This document shows positions 1-9,412 of a stretch of 64,000 nucleotides of DNA, in pieces; positions within the stretch are counted from its first letter, which is position 1; every line of letters starts with the position of its first letter. The translations under genes were made by a program, and so were the position numbers. The stretch lies in NCBI GenBank assembly GCA_964638675.1, contig CAZXAU010000001.1, positions 56,966 to 120,965 on the forward strand. Reading direction: 5' to 3'. Source of the stretch: an uncultured Lachnospiraceae bacterium (GTDB taxonomy: Bacteria > Bacillota > Clostridia > Oscillospirales > CAG-272). Below the pieces are notes generated by a model. That model was given only the letters and a program-made list of their open reading frames with translations. It made no database searches and had not been told where the DNA came from.

Positions 1-1
1 C

Positions 2-577
2 GCATCGATCGGTATATACGGCATAAGAAACAGACATCTGCGTTCAGGCGTTATGCTTGTGACCAATATCCCGATGATGAATCCTGATATTGTAACCGGT
101 GTTTCGCTCATGCTGCTCTTTGTCTTTATCGGCAGAGTTATTGGTTTTGCCGGTGATTCGCTGTCATTTGTAACGCTTCTGATTGCACATATCACATTTA
201 ATATTCCGTATGTTATACTCAATATTATGCCGAAGTTCAATCAGCTTGACAATTCAATAGTCGAAGCAGCGACCGATCTCGGCTGCACTCCTGCTCAGGC
301 GTTTTTTAAGGTGATATTCCCTGAGATCATGCCGGGTGTATTTTCGGGAGCGTTGATGTCCTTTACTCTTTCGCTTGACGATTTCGTAATAAGCTATTTT
401 ACAAACGGAGCTGATTTTCAGACGCTTCCGCTTTATATCTACAGCATTACCAAAAAGAATGTCAAGCCAGATATCTACGCACTTTCGACGATAATCTTTG
501 TTGTCATACTTCTGCTTCTTCTTGTGAATGCACTTCATTCAAAATCGGACAAGACTAACATTATCAGAAAAAACTGA
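2..577 (+). CDS. potC: Spermidine/putrescine ABC transporter permease PotC, 5'-truncated by the window edge
   Basis: The frame is open from base 2. The protein is multi-span and hydrophobic, with the ABC-permease EAA loop (EAATDLGCTPAQAFFKVIFPEIMPG). A PotD-type binding protein gene follows directly. Confidence 0.85.
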   Translation, partial: ASIGIYGIRNRHLRSGVMLVTNIPMMNPDIVTGVSLMLLFVFIGRVIGFAGDSLSFVTLLIAHITFNIPYVILNIMPKFNQLDNSIVEAATDLGCTPAQAFFKVIFPEIMPGVFSGALMSFTLSLDDFVISYFTNGADFQTLPLYIYSITKKNVKPDIYALSTIIFVVILLLLLVNALHSKSDKTNIIRKN

Positions 578-643
578 AATATAACAAATCAAATCATTCG
601 GAACAGATTGAACCGATATATGATTACGAAAGGAAAAAACAAA

Positions 644-1777
644 ATGAAAAATACTATCTTCAAAAGAATTTCAGCATTTGCACTTGTTCTTGTTATGATG
701 CTGTCGATGCTTGCAATGCTTCCGTCATGTTCGGTTAATGACAGAATTGATGAGAGCAAGCTCAAAGGAACTTATACCACCGACCTTAAGGGAACTACCC
801 TCAATGTTTTCAACTGGGGCGAAAATATGGCGGACGGCAGTGATGGTTCACTTGCGATAAACAAGGCATTTGAAAAGCTTACAGGAATCAAGGTTAATTA
901 TACCACCTATGAATCAAACGAAGCTCTTTACGGAAAGATCAAGGAGCAGGCTGTTTCATACGATATTATCATTCCTTCCGACTACATGATCGAGAGAATG
1001 ATCTCAGAGGGACTTGTTCAGAAGGTCAATATGGAGAACATAACGAACTACAAGTATATCGACGAGAAATACAAGGGAATGTTCTATGATCCCAACAACG
1101 AGTATTCGGTTCCTTACACCGTCGGACTTGTCGGAATCATTTACAATACGAAAATGGTTGAAGGCACGCCCGACAGCTGGTCGCTTATGTGGGATGAAAA
1201 GTATTCCGGAAAGATCCTGTCTTTCGACAACTCGAGAGATGCTTTCGGAATCGCACAGTGCTATCTCGGACTTGATGTCAATTCGACCGACAAAGCCGAT
1301 TGGGACAGAGCGGCAGAAAAGCTCAGAGAGCAGTCTCCTCTCCTTCAGGGAAGAGTAATGGATCAGATATTCCAGAAGATGGAAGGCGGAAATGCTGCAG
1401 TCGGTGCCTACTATGCCGGCGACTGTCTGACAATGATGGACAACAACGAGGATCTTGAATTCTTCTATCCGAAAGAAGGAACGAACATTTTCGTAGACGC
1501 AATGTGCATTCCTGCAAACAGCAAAAACACAAAAGCGGCAGAGATGTATATCAACTTCCTGCTTGAAGAAGAGGTTGCTGTTGCGAACTCGGAATATATC
1601 TGCTATGCTTCGCCCAACACTCTCGTTGTAAACAGCGACAGCTACTCGCTCAAGGACAACGAATATCTCTATCCGGGAGACGAAGTGCTTGAAAAGGCAC
1701 AGTACTACCACGATATCGATCCCGAGGTCAGAAAATATTTTGAAAATCTTTTCCTTGATATTACGCTCAACAAATAA
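644..1777 (+). CDS. potD: Spermidine/putrescine-binding lipoprotein PotD
   Basis: Start moved from 608 to ATG 644, which has a GAAAGGA SD. The signal peptide ends in a lipobox-like LPSC. The body resembles PotD/PotF-family binding proteins, and the gene sits in a pot operon context. Confidence 0.85.
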   Translation: MKNTIFKRISAFALVLVMMLSMLAMLPSCSVNDRIDESKLKGTYTTDLKGTTLNVFNWGENMADGSDGSLAINKAFEKLTGIKVNYTTYESNEALYGKIKEQAVSYDIIIPSDYMIERMISEGLVQKVNMENITNYKYIDEKYKGMFYDPNNEYSVPYTVGLVGIIYNTKMVEGTPDSWSLMWDEKYSGKILSFDNSRDAFGIAQCYLGLDVNSTDKADWDRAAEKLREQSPLLQGRVMDQIFQKMEGGNAAVGAYYAGDCLTMMDNNEDLEFFYPKEGTNIFVDAMCIPANSKNTKAAEMYINFLLEEEVAVANSEYICYASPNTLVVNSDSYSLKDNEYLYPGDEVLEKAQYYHDIDPEVRKYFENLFLDITLNK

Positions 1778-1903
1778 GTGATATAAATCATACAACCGAA
1801 TATCAGAGGAATATAATAACAAAAAGACCGATGTATTCTGCATTGGTCTTTATGCTGTAAGTAAAGATTTATTATCAAAAACCAATACTTGGAGGTTATA
1901 AAA

Positions 1904-3187
1904 ATGAAATACTGCGAAATGACGTCTGCCGAGCTTGAAAAAGAGTATGCGCAGGTAAAAGAAGAATACGAAAATATAAAATCACTTGGTCTGAAGCTTA
2001 ACATGGCACGCGGAAAGCCGTCACCCGAACAGCTTGCACTGACGATGCCCATGCTTTCAACGCTTACGCCCGAGGATATACTCACATCAGAGGACGGAAC
2101 CGATTGCCGCAACTACGGTGTGCTTGACGGAATTCCCGAGGCTAAAAAGCTTCTCGGTGACATGATCGGCGTATCGCCTGAAAATGTTATCGTTTACGGA
2201 AACTCAAGTCTGAATATTATGTATGATCAGATTTCCCGTCTTTACACCCACGGAACTCAGGGCGAAAAGCCGTGGGGAAAATACGAGCAGATCAAATTCC
2301 TCTGCCCGAGTCCCGGTTATGACAGACATTTCGGTGTTACCGAGCATTTCGGTTTTACCCTTATCACTGTTGCCATGACACCCGACGGACCTGACATGGA
2401 TGAAGTTGAATCGCTTGTTGCAAATGATGAAAGCATTAAGGGTATCTGGTGCGTTCCGAAATATTCAAATCCTCAGGGCTACACCTACTCATACGAGACT
2501 TCAAGACGTCTTGTATCTATGAAGACTGCCGCCAAGGATTTCAGAATATTCTGGGACAATGCATACGGTGTACATCATCTTTACGGCGATGCCGAAAAGC
2601 AGTCTGATATTCCCGAAATTCTCTCGCTTGCGGCTGAGTGCGGAAATCCCGACCGTGTATACGAATTCTGCTCGACCAGCAAGATAACCTTCCCTGGAAG
2701 CGGAATTGCGGCGATTGCTTCTTCACTTTCCAACATAACCGAGATCAGAAAACAGCTTTCCGCTCAGACTATCGGTCATGACAAGATAAATCAGCTTCGC
2801 CATGTTCGTTTTCTTAAAAATGCCGATCATCTGCGTGAAGTTATGCAAAATCATGCTGACATTCTCCGTCCGAAATTTGAAAAGGTCATTAATACCCTCG
2901 AATCTCAATTGTCCGATCTCGCTATCGGCGAATGGACATATCCTCTCGGCGGATATTTCATCTCTTTTGACTCGCTCCCCGGTTGTGCTAAACGCATAGT
3001 TGAGCTTGCCAAGAACGCCGGAATGTCACTCACCGGTGCTGGTGCGACCTATCCTTACAAAAAAGATCCCGAGGACAAAAACATAAGAATAGCACCATCT
3101 TTCCCCTCGCTCGAGGAGATCGGCAAGGCGTCCGAGCTTTTCGCCGTCTGCGTCAAGCTCGCTTCCCTTGAGAAGCTGATGAAATAG
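1904..3187 (+). CDS. Class I/II PLP-dependent aminotransferase (aspartate-aminotransferase-like, about 430 aa)
   Basis: Start at ATG 1904, 8 nt after a GGAGG; the track start at 1889 is TTG. The N-terminus (KLNMARGKPSPEQL) and the SKITFPGSG lysine region are typical of this clostridial aminotransferase family. Confidence 0.75.
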   Translation: MKYCEMTSAELEKEYAQVKEEYENIKSLGLKLNMARGKPSPEQLALTMPMLSTLTPEDILTSEDGTDCRNYGVLDGIPEAKKLLGDMIGVSPENVIVYGNSSLNIMYDQISRLYTHGTQGEKPWGKYEQIKFLCPSPGYDRHFGVTEHFGFTLITVAMTPDGPDMDEVESLVANDESIKGIWCVPKYSNPQGYTYSYETSRRLVSMKTAAKDFRIFWDNAYGVHHLYGDAEKQSDIPEILSLAAECGNPDRVYEFCSTSKITFPGSGIAAIASSLSNITEIRKQLSAQTIGHDKINQLRHVRFLKNADHLREVMQNHADILRPKFEKVINTLESQLSDLAIGEWTYPLGGYFISFDSLPGCAKRIVELAKNAGMSLTGAGATYPYKKDPEDKNIRIAPSFPSLEEIGKASELFAVCVKLASLEKLMK

Positions 3188-3211
3188 GAGTTAGTTTGTG
3201 TATAGGATATC

Positions 3212-3447
3212 GGGGGGAACTTTCTGTAGAAAGTTCCCCCCGAACTCCCTTCAAAGACTTTATTGGAGATGGGGGGTATAGGGCTTCGTTGATGTGGTGC
3301 TGATACTGTAGTTGCTTGAGACATAGCCGTCATGTGGGGCCCCTCCCCCACACGGTTGTTCAAAATTTTTGAGAGTTAATTTGTGTTAAGTAGAGTGTGG
3401 GGCTTTCTTCACTCTTTACTGAACCGTATCTCCCCTACACGGTTTTT
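3212..3447 (+). repeat. Intergenic repeat family A, copy 1 (starts 25 nt after the aminotransferase stop)
   Basis: It begins with the perfect hairpin GGGGGGAACTTTCTGTAGAAAGTTCCCCCC. It then carries the blocks CAAAGACTTTATTGGAGA, GGCTTCG, GTGGTGCTGA and TAGCCGTCATGTGGGG...CCCCACACGG. These are shared with 39806-40060 and 59393-59565 in reverse complement. Confidence 0.9.
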
Positions 3448-3549
3448 CGTAATTACTATAGCAAGTTTGTGTATATGATATATGGCTTTACATAAACAGT
3501 GATGATATACTGAAATAAATACTGTTGCAAAAGATGAAAGGAGCAGATC

Positions 3550-4155
3550 ATGAATTTTGAAAGGATCAGAAAAAATTTAGAAGACCGTGGCTATAAAGTA
3601 TCCTGCTTTGAGAGTGCAGAAGAAGCAGTAGACTACATGGACAGTCAGATCAACGGTAAAACGATCGGATTCGGCGGTTCTGTAACACTGCAGGAAATAG
3701 GACTGTACGAAAGGCTTTCTGTTCACAATGATGTTCGTTGGCATCACCGTATCCCCGAAGGGCAAACAGATAAAGAAGTACGTCTTGCGGCAAATGCGGC
3801 GGATATATATATTTCTTCTGTCAACGGTCTTGCCGAAACCGGAGAGATTATAAATATAGACGGCAGATGCAATCGTGTTTCCTCGATCTTATACGGACAC
3901 GAAAAGGTATATCTTATAGTCGGTGCGAATAAAATTGTAGAAGATTATGAAAGTGCTTTGTGGCGTGCAAGGAATATCGCCGCTCCGCTTAACGCTAAGC
4001 GTTTGGGCGTGAAAACTCCTTGTGCCGTAAAAGCAGACCGTTGTTATGACTGCAAAAGTCCGGATAGAATTTGCAGAGGTCTGTCTGTGCTTTGGTCTAA
4101 GCCTATGACCGGAGAATTTGAATTGGTGTTGATCAATGAGAAACTGGGGTATTGA
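3550..4155 (+). CDS. LUD-domain (LutC/YkgG-like) protein
   Basis: AAAGGAG SD upstream. The 201-aa protein has GKTIGFGGSVTLQEIG and a C-terminal Cys cluster (CAVKADRCYDCKSPDRIC), typical of lactate-utilization LUD-domain proteins. Confidence 0.6.
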   Translation: MNFERIRKNLEDRGYKVSCFESAEEAVDYMDSQINGKTIGFGGSVTLQEIGLYERLSVHNDVRWHHRIPEGQTDKEVRLAANAADIYISSVNGLAETGEIINIDGRCNRVSSILYGHEKVYLIVGANKIVEDYESALWRARNIAAPLNAKRLGVKTPCAVKADRCYDCKSPDRICRGLSVLWSKPMTGEFELVLINEKLGY

Positions 4156-4308
4156 ATAAAGTATGCGTGGCTATGGAAAGGTAGGTTTATAACACTCGCT
4201 TCAAATTCGAGTTTCGCTCAAAAAATGCTTTATTGTTTTCGTATGATTTATCTGCTATAATAAATACACCGAACCGGAACGGAATAATTTATACAAGGAA
4301 AATGCTGT

Positions 4309-5370
4309 ATGAAAACTATAGGAGATAATATTAAAGAATACAGACAAAAGAATAATATGACTCAAGAGCAGCTTGCAGCCTGTCTCAACGTCACATATCA
4401 GGCCGTTTCAAAATGGGAGACCGGCGTATCAAGTCCCGATTTGTCCTTGATTATTCCTATCACAAAAATCTTTCATATTTCTGCCGATGAGCTTCTCGGT
4501 GTCAACGATATAGAACCTGACAGAAGATACGAAGAGCTCAGAGCGGCTTATGATCACACTTACAAAACAGGAGATTTGGCTGAGCGTCAGAGAATATGCG
4601 AACTTGCTGTATCAGAATATCCCGGCGATATGAAATGGCTGATAAATCTCGCCTGGGTGGTTTCTAATCGTTCATTTGATTATGAAGATAACAATAGATA
4701 CATAGCTGAGCAAGAAAAAGCTATTAAATTGTTTGATGCCGTTGTAAAATACTGTAAAGATGACATTATCAGAGGGGATGCTATCGAAGGGATCACGCAA
4801 CTTCTCGGTTGGAGAGGCCGCAAGGACGAAGCGAGAAAATATGCGGAAATGCTTCCCGAAAGAGCAACGGTCACACGTGATGCGGTTTGGGAAAACATAC
4901 TGGAAGGCGATGAACTGATCCTGTTTAAACAAAAACGAATTATGAGTCATATTGAGGGCGTTCTTTGGGATCTGTCATTGATGCCTGCGGTATACACAGA
5001 CATTATGCAACAGATCGTCAGCGTGATGCTTCCGGACGGAAACTACATTCAATTCAATCATTCTTTGTATTTCGCAGTAAAAAAGAAGATCAACCATCTG
5101 CTGAAACACAAACCGAATGTTTCTGAAAATAAGATTCGGGATCTATTGATCGAAATGAAGTCGTATGCCAAATCATATGATGAAATTGTTTTCTCAAACC
5201 CCGGAGTTTACAAATATACCGCCCCGTGGTTCGACCGCATTGAAGAGGACACCCGTGAATGGCTCGAGAACGAGGGAACAACGATGACACAGGATTTCCG
5301 GGAATATCTTGATGAGCCGCAGTTTGATGATCTGCGTGATCACGACTATTTTGTTATGCTTAAGTCCTGA
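4309..5370 (+). CDS. XRE-family HTH transcriptional regulator with a helical (TPR-like) C-terminal domain
   Basis: The N-terminal HTH_3 signature is NMTQEQLAACLNVTYQAVSKWETGVSSPDLSLIIPITKIFHISADELLG. About 280 aa of helical-repeat-like sequence follow. Confidence 0.8.
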   Translation: MKTIGDNIKEYRQKNNMTQEQLAACLNVTYQAVSKWETGVSSPDLSLIIPITKIFHISADELLGVNDIEPDRRYEELRAAYDHTYKTGDLAERQRICELAVSEYPGDMKWLINLAWVVSNRSFDYEDNNRYIAEQEKAIKLFDAVVKYCKDDIIRGDAIEGITQLLGWRGRKDEARKYAEMLPERATVTRDAVWENILEGDELILFKQKRIMSHIEGVLWDLSLMPAVYTDIMQQIVSVMLPDGNYIQFNHSLYFAVKKKINHLLKHKPNVSENKIRDLLIEMKSYAKSYDEIVFSNPGVYKYTAPWFDRIEEDTREWLENEGTTMTQDFREYLDEPQFDDLRDHDYFVMLKS

Positions 5371-5423
5371 TCAAATGCCGCTTGGCATTGTTTCTCGATT
5401 GATTGTTGAGTATATATAAATTC

Positions 5424-5473
5424 ACCGCCGGGAGCGACCGATCACTCCCAGCGGTATTATTACTTATTTTTTT
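5424..5473 (+). terminator. Possible terminator after the XRE regulator gene
   Basis: Stem ACCGCCGGGAG / CTCCCAGCGGT. The T-rich tract (TTATTTTTTT) starts only about 10 nt downstream, so this is not a textbook terminator. Confidence 0.4.
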
Positions 5474-5517
5474 ACAACAAAGTTCTCAAAAACGGGATTA
5501 TAGTATATTTAAAAATT

Positions 5518-5583
5518 AAATAACAGTTATCCCCTACAGGAGGATGTTGATCCTCCCCCCCTGTAGTGGATAACTGTTATTTT
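5518..5583. repeat. Long near-perfect inverted repeat (about 23-bp arms, 8-nt loop)
   Basis: AAATAACAGTTATCCCCTACAGGAGG atgttgat CCTCCCCCCTGTAGTGGATAACTGTTATTT, flanked by A/T runs on both sides. It lies between convergent genes and could act as a bidirectional terminator. Confidence 0.7.
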
Positions 5584-5666
5584 ATACAATTTTGAGATAC
5601 GGCTTATATCAAGCCTTTTTTATATCGTTTGTGCTGTTCATCTACACATAAACAATATAAAATATT

Positions 5667-6140
5667 TTACTGCCGCTTTGAATGAATTAAATGCAGTCCT
5701 ATATGCCCTATGCCCAATATGATGGTTGCGATGATCAATGGCAGGTTACATTTGCATATGCCGATGAGCGCAGATGCAACGACCGGCAGAGTTGCTCCAG
5801 CTACGGGGATTCCCAAAAGACTGCTATAAAAATCCTGCATTCTTCTCTCGCCTGCAAAATACTTTACCCACCACAGCTCATACATGAGCATTGCGATCAA
5901 TGCCGCTATCAGGAAAAGAACTTGCGGAAAGCGGAAGCATTCCTTTTCATCGGAGAAGATCAGCATAAGCGTTGTGACAAGCACCTGACCGATACGCTCA
6001 AAGGCAAGCAAAAATTTATTTTCGTTTTTCTCGTATTCTTCGTATTTTTTCGGTTTGTTTTTTGTCCATATTATATTCGGTATTGTCAGCATCAACAGAA
6101 AGATCAGACCGATATAAGAAAACCCGAAATGCAGATTCAT
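5667..6140 (-). CDS. Hypothetical integral membrane protein (157 aa, about 4-5 TM)
   Basis: The ORF has several hydrophobic spans. I recognise no family. Confidence 0.55.
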   Translation of the reverse strand: MNLHFGFSYIGLIFLLMLTIPNIIWTKNKPKKYEEYEKNENKFLLAFERIGQVLVTTLMLIFSDEKECFRFPQVLFLIAALIAMLMYELWWVKYFAGERRMQDFYSSLLGIPVAGATLPVVASALIGICKCNLPLIIATIILGIGHIGLHLIHSKRQ

Positions 6141-6179
6141 GTTATTTTCCTTTATGTATGCAGATTGCAGATCTGTCTG

Positions 6180-7448
6180 TCAATCTTCTATATATCTGAT
6201 ATTCGCACCGACTGATTTGAGCATTCCAACGATATTGTCATATCCTCTTTCGATAAAGTGTATATCGTCAATTACAGTTGTTCCTTCTGCTGCAAGAGCG
6301 GCTATAATAATTGCACCGCCTGCACGCAAGTCTGTTGAACGAACATTTGCACCGTGCAGTTTTTCTATTCCGTGGATCGTTGCACTCGTCTGATCAACAT
6401 CTATCGATGCACCCATTCTGGTCAGCTCATCTGTATATTTGAATCGTTTCTGATATATATTTTCGATTATTTTACTGTCTCCCGGCACTAATGTGAGAAG
6501 TGCGGCAAACTGTGCCTGCATGTCGGTTGGAAATCCCGGATATGCCTGCGTTTTTATGTTGACCGGAGACAATTCTCCTTTTGTGGCATCGATGATCACG
6601 CTGTCTCCGTTTTCTTCGACGCTTATTCCTATTTCGCCGAGTTTGGCACTGATTGATTCGAGATGCTTTGGAATAACATTTTCAAGCTTAAGCACGCCTC
6701 TTGTTATTGCGGCGGCGACCATATATGTACCTGCCTCGATCATATCGGGGATAATTGCATAGCTCGAGCCTTTCAGCGATTCAACGCCTGTGATCTTAAT
6801 GGTTTCACTTCCTGCACCCTGGATCTTGGCACCGCAGGTATTAAGAAAATTCGCAAGGTCGACAATGTGCGGCTCTCTTGCTGCCGTTTCGATTATTGTC
6901 ACCCCAGGGGTGAGCACCGAGGCAAGCATAATGTTGGCTGTTCCTCCTACCGTGACAAAATCAAAATTTATTTTTGCACTGTGGAGTCCGCCTTGCTCAG
7001 TCATACCTGTGATGCGGTTTTCTTCTTCGTTTATGACAGCACCGAGTGCTCTGAAACCCTTGATATGCTGTTCTATCGGACGTTTATCGCCGAAATTACA
7101 TCCGCCGGGATATCCTATTGTTGTTTTTCCGTACCGTCCGAGCTCTGCACCCATGAGGTAGTATGACGCTCTTGTTTTTTTAAATTCCTCAATAGGAGCA
7201 CTTCCCGGCACAAGATCATCGGTGTTTATTTTGACGGTGTTCGCATTCAGCCAATCTACTTTTGCTCCCATTTTTTTTATAATAGTGAGACATATGTGAA
7301 CATCGATTATATTCGGTACATTTTCTATTATATTATCGCCCTTCGTAAGAACTGTTGCGTATATAATGGGGAGCACAGCATTTTTCATGCCGTTTATGAC
7401 AAGCGAGCCATTTAATTTATTGCCGCCGACAATTTCTATTTTACTCAT
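6180..7448 (-). CDS. murA: UDP-N-acetylglucosamine 1-carboxyvinyltransferase
   Basis: Full-length 422-aa match to the MurA pattern: MSKIEIVGGNKLNGSLVINGMKNAVLPI, the active-site loop GGCNFGDKRPIEQH, and C-terminal RAGGAIIIAALAAEGTT...ERGY. Confidence 0.95.
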   Translation of the reverse strand: MSKIEIVGGNKLNGSLVINGMKNAVLPIIYATVLTKGDNIIENVPNIIDVHICLTIIKKMGAKVDWLNANTVKINTDDLVPGSAPIEEFKKTRASYYLMGAELGRYGKTTIGYPGGCNFGDKRPIEQHIKGFRALGAVINEEENRITGMTEQGGLHSAKINFDFVTVGGTANIMLASVLTPGVTIIETAAREPHIVDLANFLNTCGAKIQGAGSETIKITGVESLKGSSYAIIPDMIEAGTYMVAAAITRGVLKLENVIPKHLESISAKLGEIGISVEENGDSVIIDATKGELSPVNIKTQAYPGFPTDMQAQFAALLTLVPGDSKIIENIYQKRFKYTDELTRMGASIDVDQTSATIHGIEKLHGANVRSTDLRAGGAIIIAALAAEGTTVIDDIHFIERGYDNIVGMLKSVGANIRYIED

Positions 7449-7543
7449 ATCGATATAACGGATGACCGTTTTCCTTTCAATTCAATGCAGTTGTCAATAT
7501 CAATATATGGAATCTGTCAAAAAATTGCTAAAATCGAAAAAAA

Positions 7544-7762
7544 TTATTTTTTTGATCTTACAAGCCAATATCCGAAAAGACCGCCGATGACCGCCGCCCC
7601 GGCAAGTATCAACGTTACTATCGATGCATCTATTCTGATAACATCTCCGACTTCTGCTGTTTGTGCAGGAACGGCGGTATCAGCATATGATGCAAGAGAC
7701 AGAGATATCAATAAAGCGAGTATCAACAGGGCAATTATTATTCCAAACGATCTGTTTTTCAT
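7544..7762 (-). CDS. Small membrane protein (72 aa; N-terminal signal/TM, C-terminal TM plus KK)
   Basis: GAAAGG SD 9 nt upstream of the ATG, two hydrophobic segments, and a position directly upstream of murA on the same strand. The overlapping + strand ORF 7485-7781 has no comparable signals. Confidence 0.5.
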   Translation of the reverse strand: MKNRSFGIIIALLILALLISLSLASYADTAVPAQTAEVGDVIRIDASIVTLILAGAAVIGGLFGYWLVRSKK

Positions 7763-8082
7763 TATTTCGTGCCTTTCATAACTGAGTTTATGGCTTAAAC
7801 AAGCTGAAACCGCCTGATTTTTAGTGTATCATGCAGTTATAGATACCAATATCGATCAATATATTACATTTGATCGCGGCGGTGAAGCTGAGCTTCGGAG
7901 AGGGCAGACAAACCCACCCACTTCATTATAACACATCTTTTCTGATAATAAAAGCCCTTTTTAAAAATATTTTTATTTTTTATATTTTTATGTAGGTATA
8001 AGTAAATAATACAGTGCCTTTCAGTGTTTGTATAAGCCCGTATCATTTTAATGTCATTTTTTTAATATTACAGCCAGATGTC

Positions 8083-8637
8083 TCAAAGCTCAATCACTCT
8101 GTCTGTAAGCATCCGGCATTCATCGGCATTGTGGGAAATAAGGATCACGGTTCCGTGTTCGCAGAGCAATATGTTTTTAATGATTTTTTCTTTAGTACGA
8201 TCGTCAATCCCGTTAAACGGTTCATCAAGCAGAAGTATATCGTGCTTGAAGGCGAGAGCACGGGCAATTGCGGCACGTCTTGCCATTCCGCCTGAAAGCT
8301 CGTGCGGCATCATGTGAAAGCAATCTTCCGAAAGACAAACCGCAGAAAGAGAGTCTTTTGCAATTTTTTCATCATCGCAGACTGACATGACATTTTCCAG
8401 AAGGTCAAATGATGAAAACAGTCTATCTTCCTGAAAAACGGCAGAAATTCTGCCGTCTGTAGAAACTACCCCTTCGCTCGGCAATTGCATACCCATGATC
8501 ATATTGAGGACTGTAGTTTTTCCGCAGCCTGACTTTCCTGTGATTGCAACCTTCTCACCGTCGGCAATAGTAAAATCAAGATTTGTGAATATATAATCTC
8601 TTCCGTAGCTTATGGATACATTTTCAAATTTTATCAC
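8083..8637 (-). CDS. ABC transporter ATP-binding protein (compact, 184 aa)
   Basis: Walker A GKSGCGKTT, signature LSGGMARR, Walker B LLLDEP, H-loop ISHN. It overlaps the upstream permease gene by 14 nt. Confidence 0.85.
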   Translation of the reverse strand: MIKFENVSISYGRDYIFTNLDFTIADGEKVAITGKSGCGKTTVLNMIMGMQLPSEGVVSTDGRISAVFQEDRLFSSFDLLENVMSVCDDEKIAKDSLSAVCLSEDCFHMMPHELSGGMARRAAIARALAFKHDILLLDEPFNGIDDRTKEKIIKNILLCEHGTVILISHNADECRMLTDRVIEL

Positions 8638-9412
8638 TTTTCTTACTTTTTCCTTTCGGTGCAGATATTCTTCCTATAATTGCTTCAAATATCAGCGAAA
8701 TAATAATGATCAGTGCAGTCAATGCAAAAAGATCGGCACTTTCAAAATTTACCTTCGCATCGTACAACAGTCCGCCTATTGAGTATTTTGTTCTGACGAG
8801 TGCTTCGGCAGAAATTCCCGCCTTCCATGCGAGACCGAAAGAGGTCAGTGCTGAGGCTGTAAAATAGCTTTTGATCTCCGGGATATAAATATATTTAATT
8901 TTCTTTCGTATGCCGAAGCCGAAAACTTTGGCAACGTCGAGCTGCTTTGCACCTATATCTGAAAATCCGACAACTATATTCCCCCATACTATCGGAATCA
9001 CTATAAGTGAAGCCGTAAAACCCGGGATCTCATTTTTGCTCATCCACAGGTAAGCAAGGATAATAAACGATGCGACCGGTGTTGATTTGATTATCGCACG
9101 CGCAGGTGCAAGCAGAGCTTTTGCCACCCCCGAAGCGAGCGAGAGCAGAGCAAACAAAGTTCCTGCTGTCAGTCCGACTATATATCCGATGATTACCCTC
9201 AAAATACTGTAAAGCAGTGATCTGAGAAAGATCTCGTTTTTGAAAAGCAGGATCAGATGGTAAAAGCAAAGCTCCGGTGATGGAAAAAGTATCTCTTTAT
9301 TTATACATAGCGATGCGATCTTCCATATTGCGATCCAGAATAAAAGGACCGCAATATATCCAATCGGTGCAGGAATATTTTTTTTATTATTTTTATGCAA
9401 ATATTTCTTCAT
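8624..9412 (-). CDS. ABC transporter permease (NitT/TauT-type)
   Basis: Six-span hydrophobic protein in an operon between the binding protein and the ATPase. Translationally coupled overlaps at both ends. Confidence 0.8.
   Translation of the reverse strand: MKKYLHKNNKKNIPAPIGYIAVLLFWIAIWKIASLCINKEILFPSPELCFYHLILLFKNEIFLRSLLYSILRVIIGYIVGLTAGTLFALLSLASGVAKALLAPARAIIKSTPVASFIILAYLWMSKNEIPGFTASLIVIPIVWGNIVVGFSDIGAKQLDVAKVFGFGIRKKIKYIYIPEIKSYFTASALTSFGLAWKAGISAEALVRTKYSIGGLLYDAKVNFESADLFALTALIIIISLIFEAIIGRISAPKGKSKKSDKI

Noticed and set aside
1004-1843. 279-aa ORF on the minus strand inside potD
   Set aside because: It is entirely antisense to a well-supported PotD gene. It has low-complexity, Arg/Phe/Val-rich composition typical of shadow ORFs, and no SD.
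3055-3363. 102-aa minus-strand ORF spanning family-A copy 1 and the 3' end of the aminotransferase gene
   Set aside because: As called, with its TTG start, it is an artefact of the repeat plus antisense read-through into a real gene. Only the internal conserved ATG (3333) is discussed as a speculative small ORF in the findings.
5375-5419. 14-codon ORF (MPLGIVSRLIVEYI) right after the XRE-TPR regulator, considered as an RNPP-type signalling pro-peptide
   Set aside because: It has no SD and no secretion-type features, and it overlaps the regulator's terminator region. There is no evidence that the regulator is an RNPP member.
7485-7781. 98-aa plus-strand ORF overlapping the small membrane-protein gene
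   Set aside because: It has no SD. The minus-strand 72-aa ORF has GAAAGG at the correct spacing and a signal-peptide/TM layout, and it is co-directional with murA.
7763-8082. Possible riboswitch in the ~170-nt leader of the small-protein/murA unit (GGGTGGGTTTGTCTGCCCTCTCCGAAGCTCAGCTTCACCGCC on the minus strand)
   Set aside because: Only short local hairpins are present (GAAGCtgaGCTTC), with no match to any aptamer core I know. The evidence is insufficient to call it.
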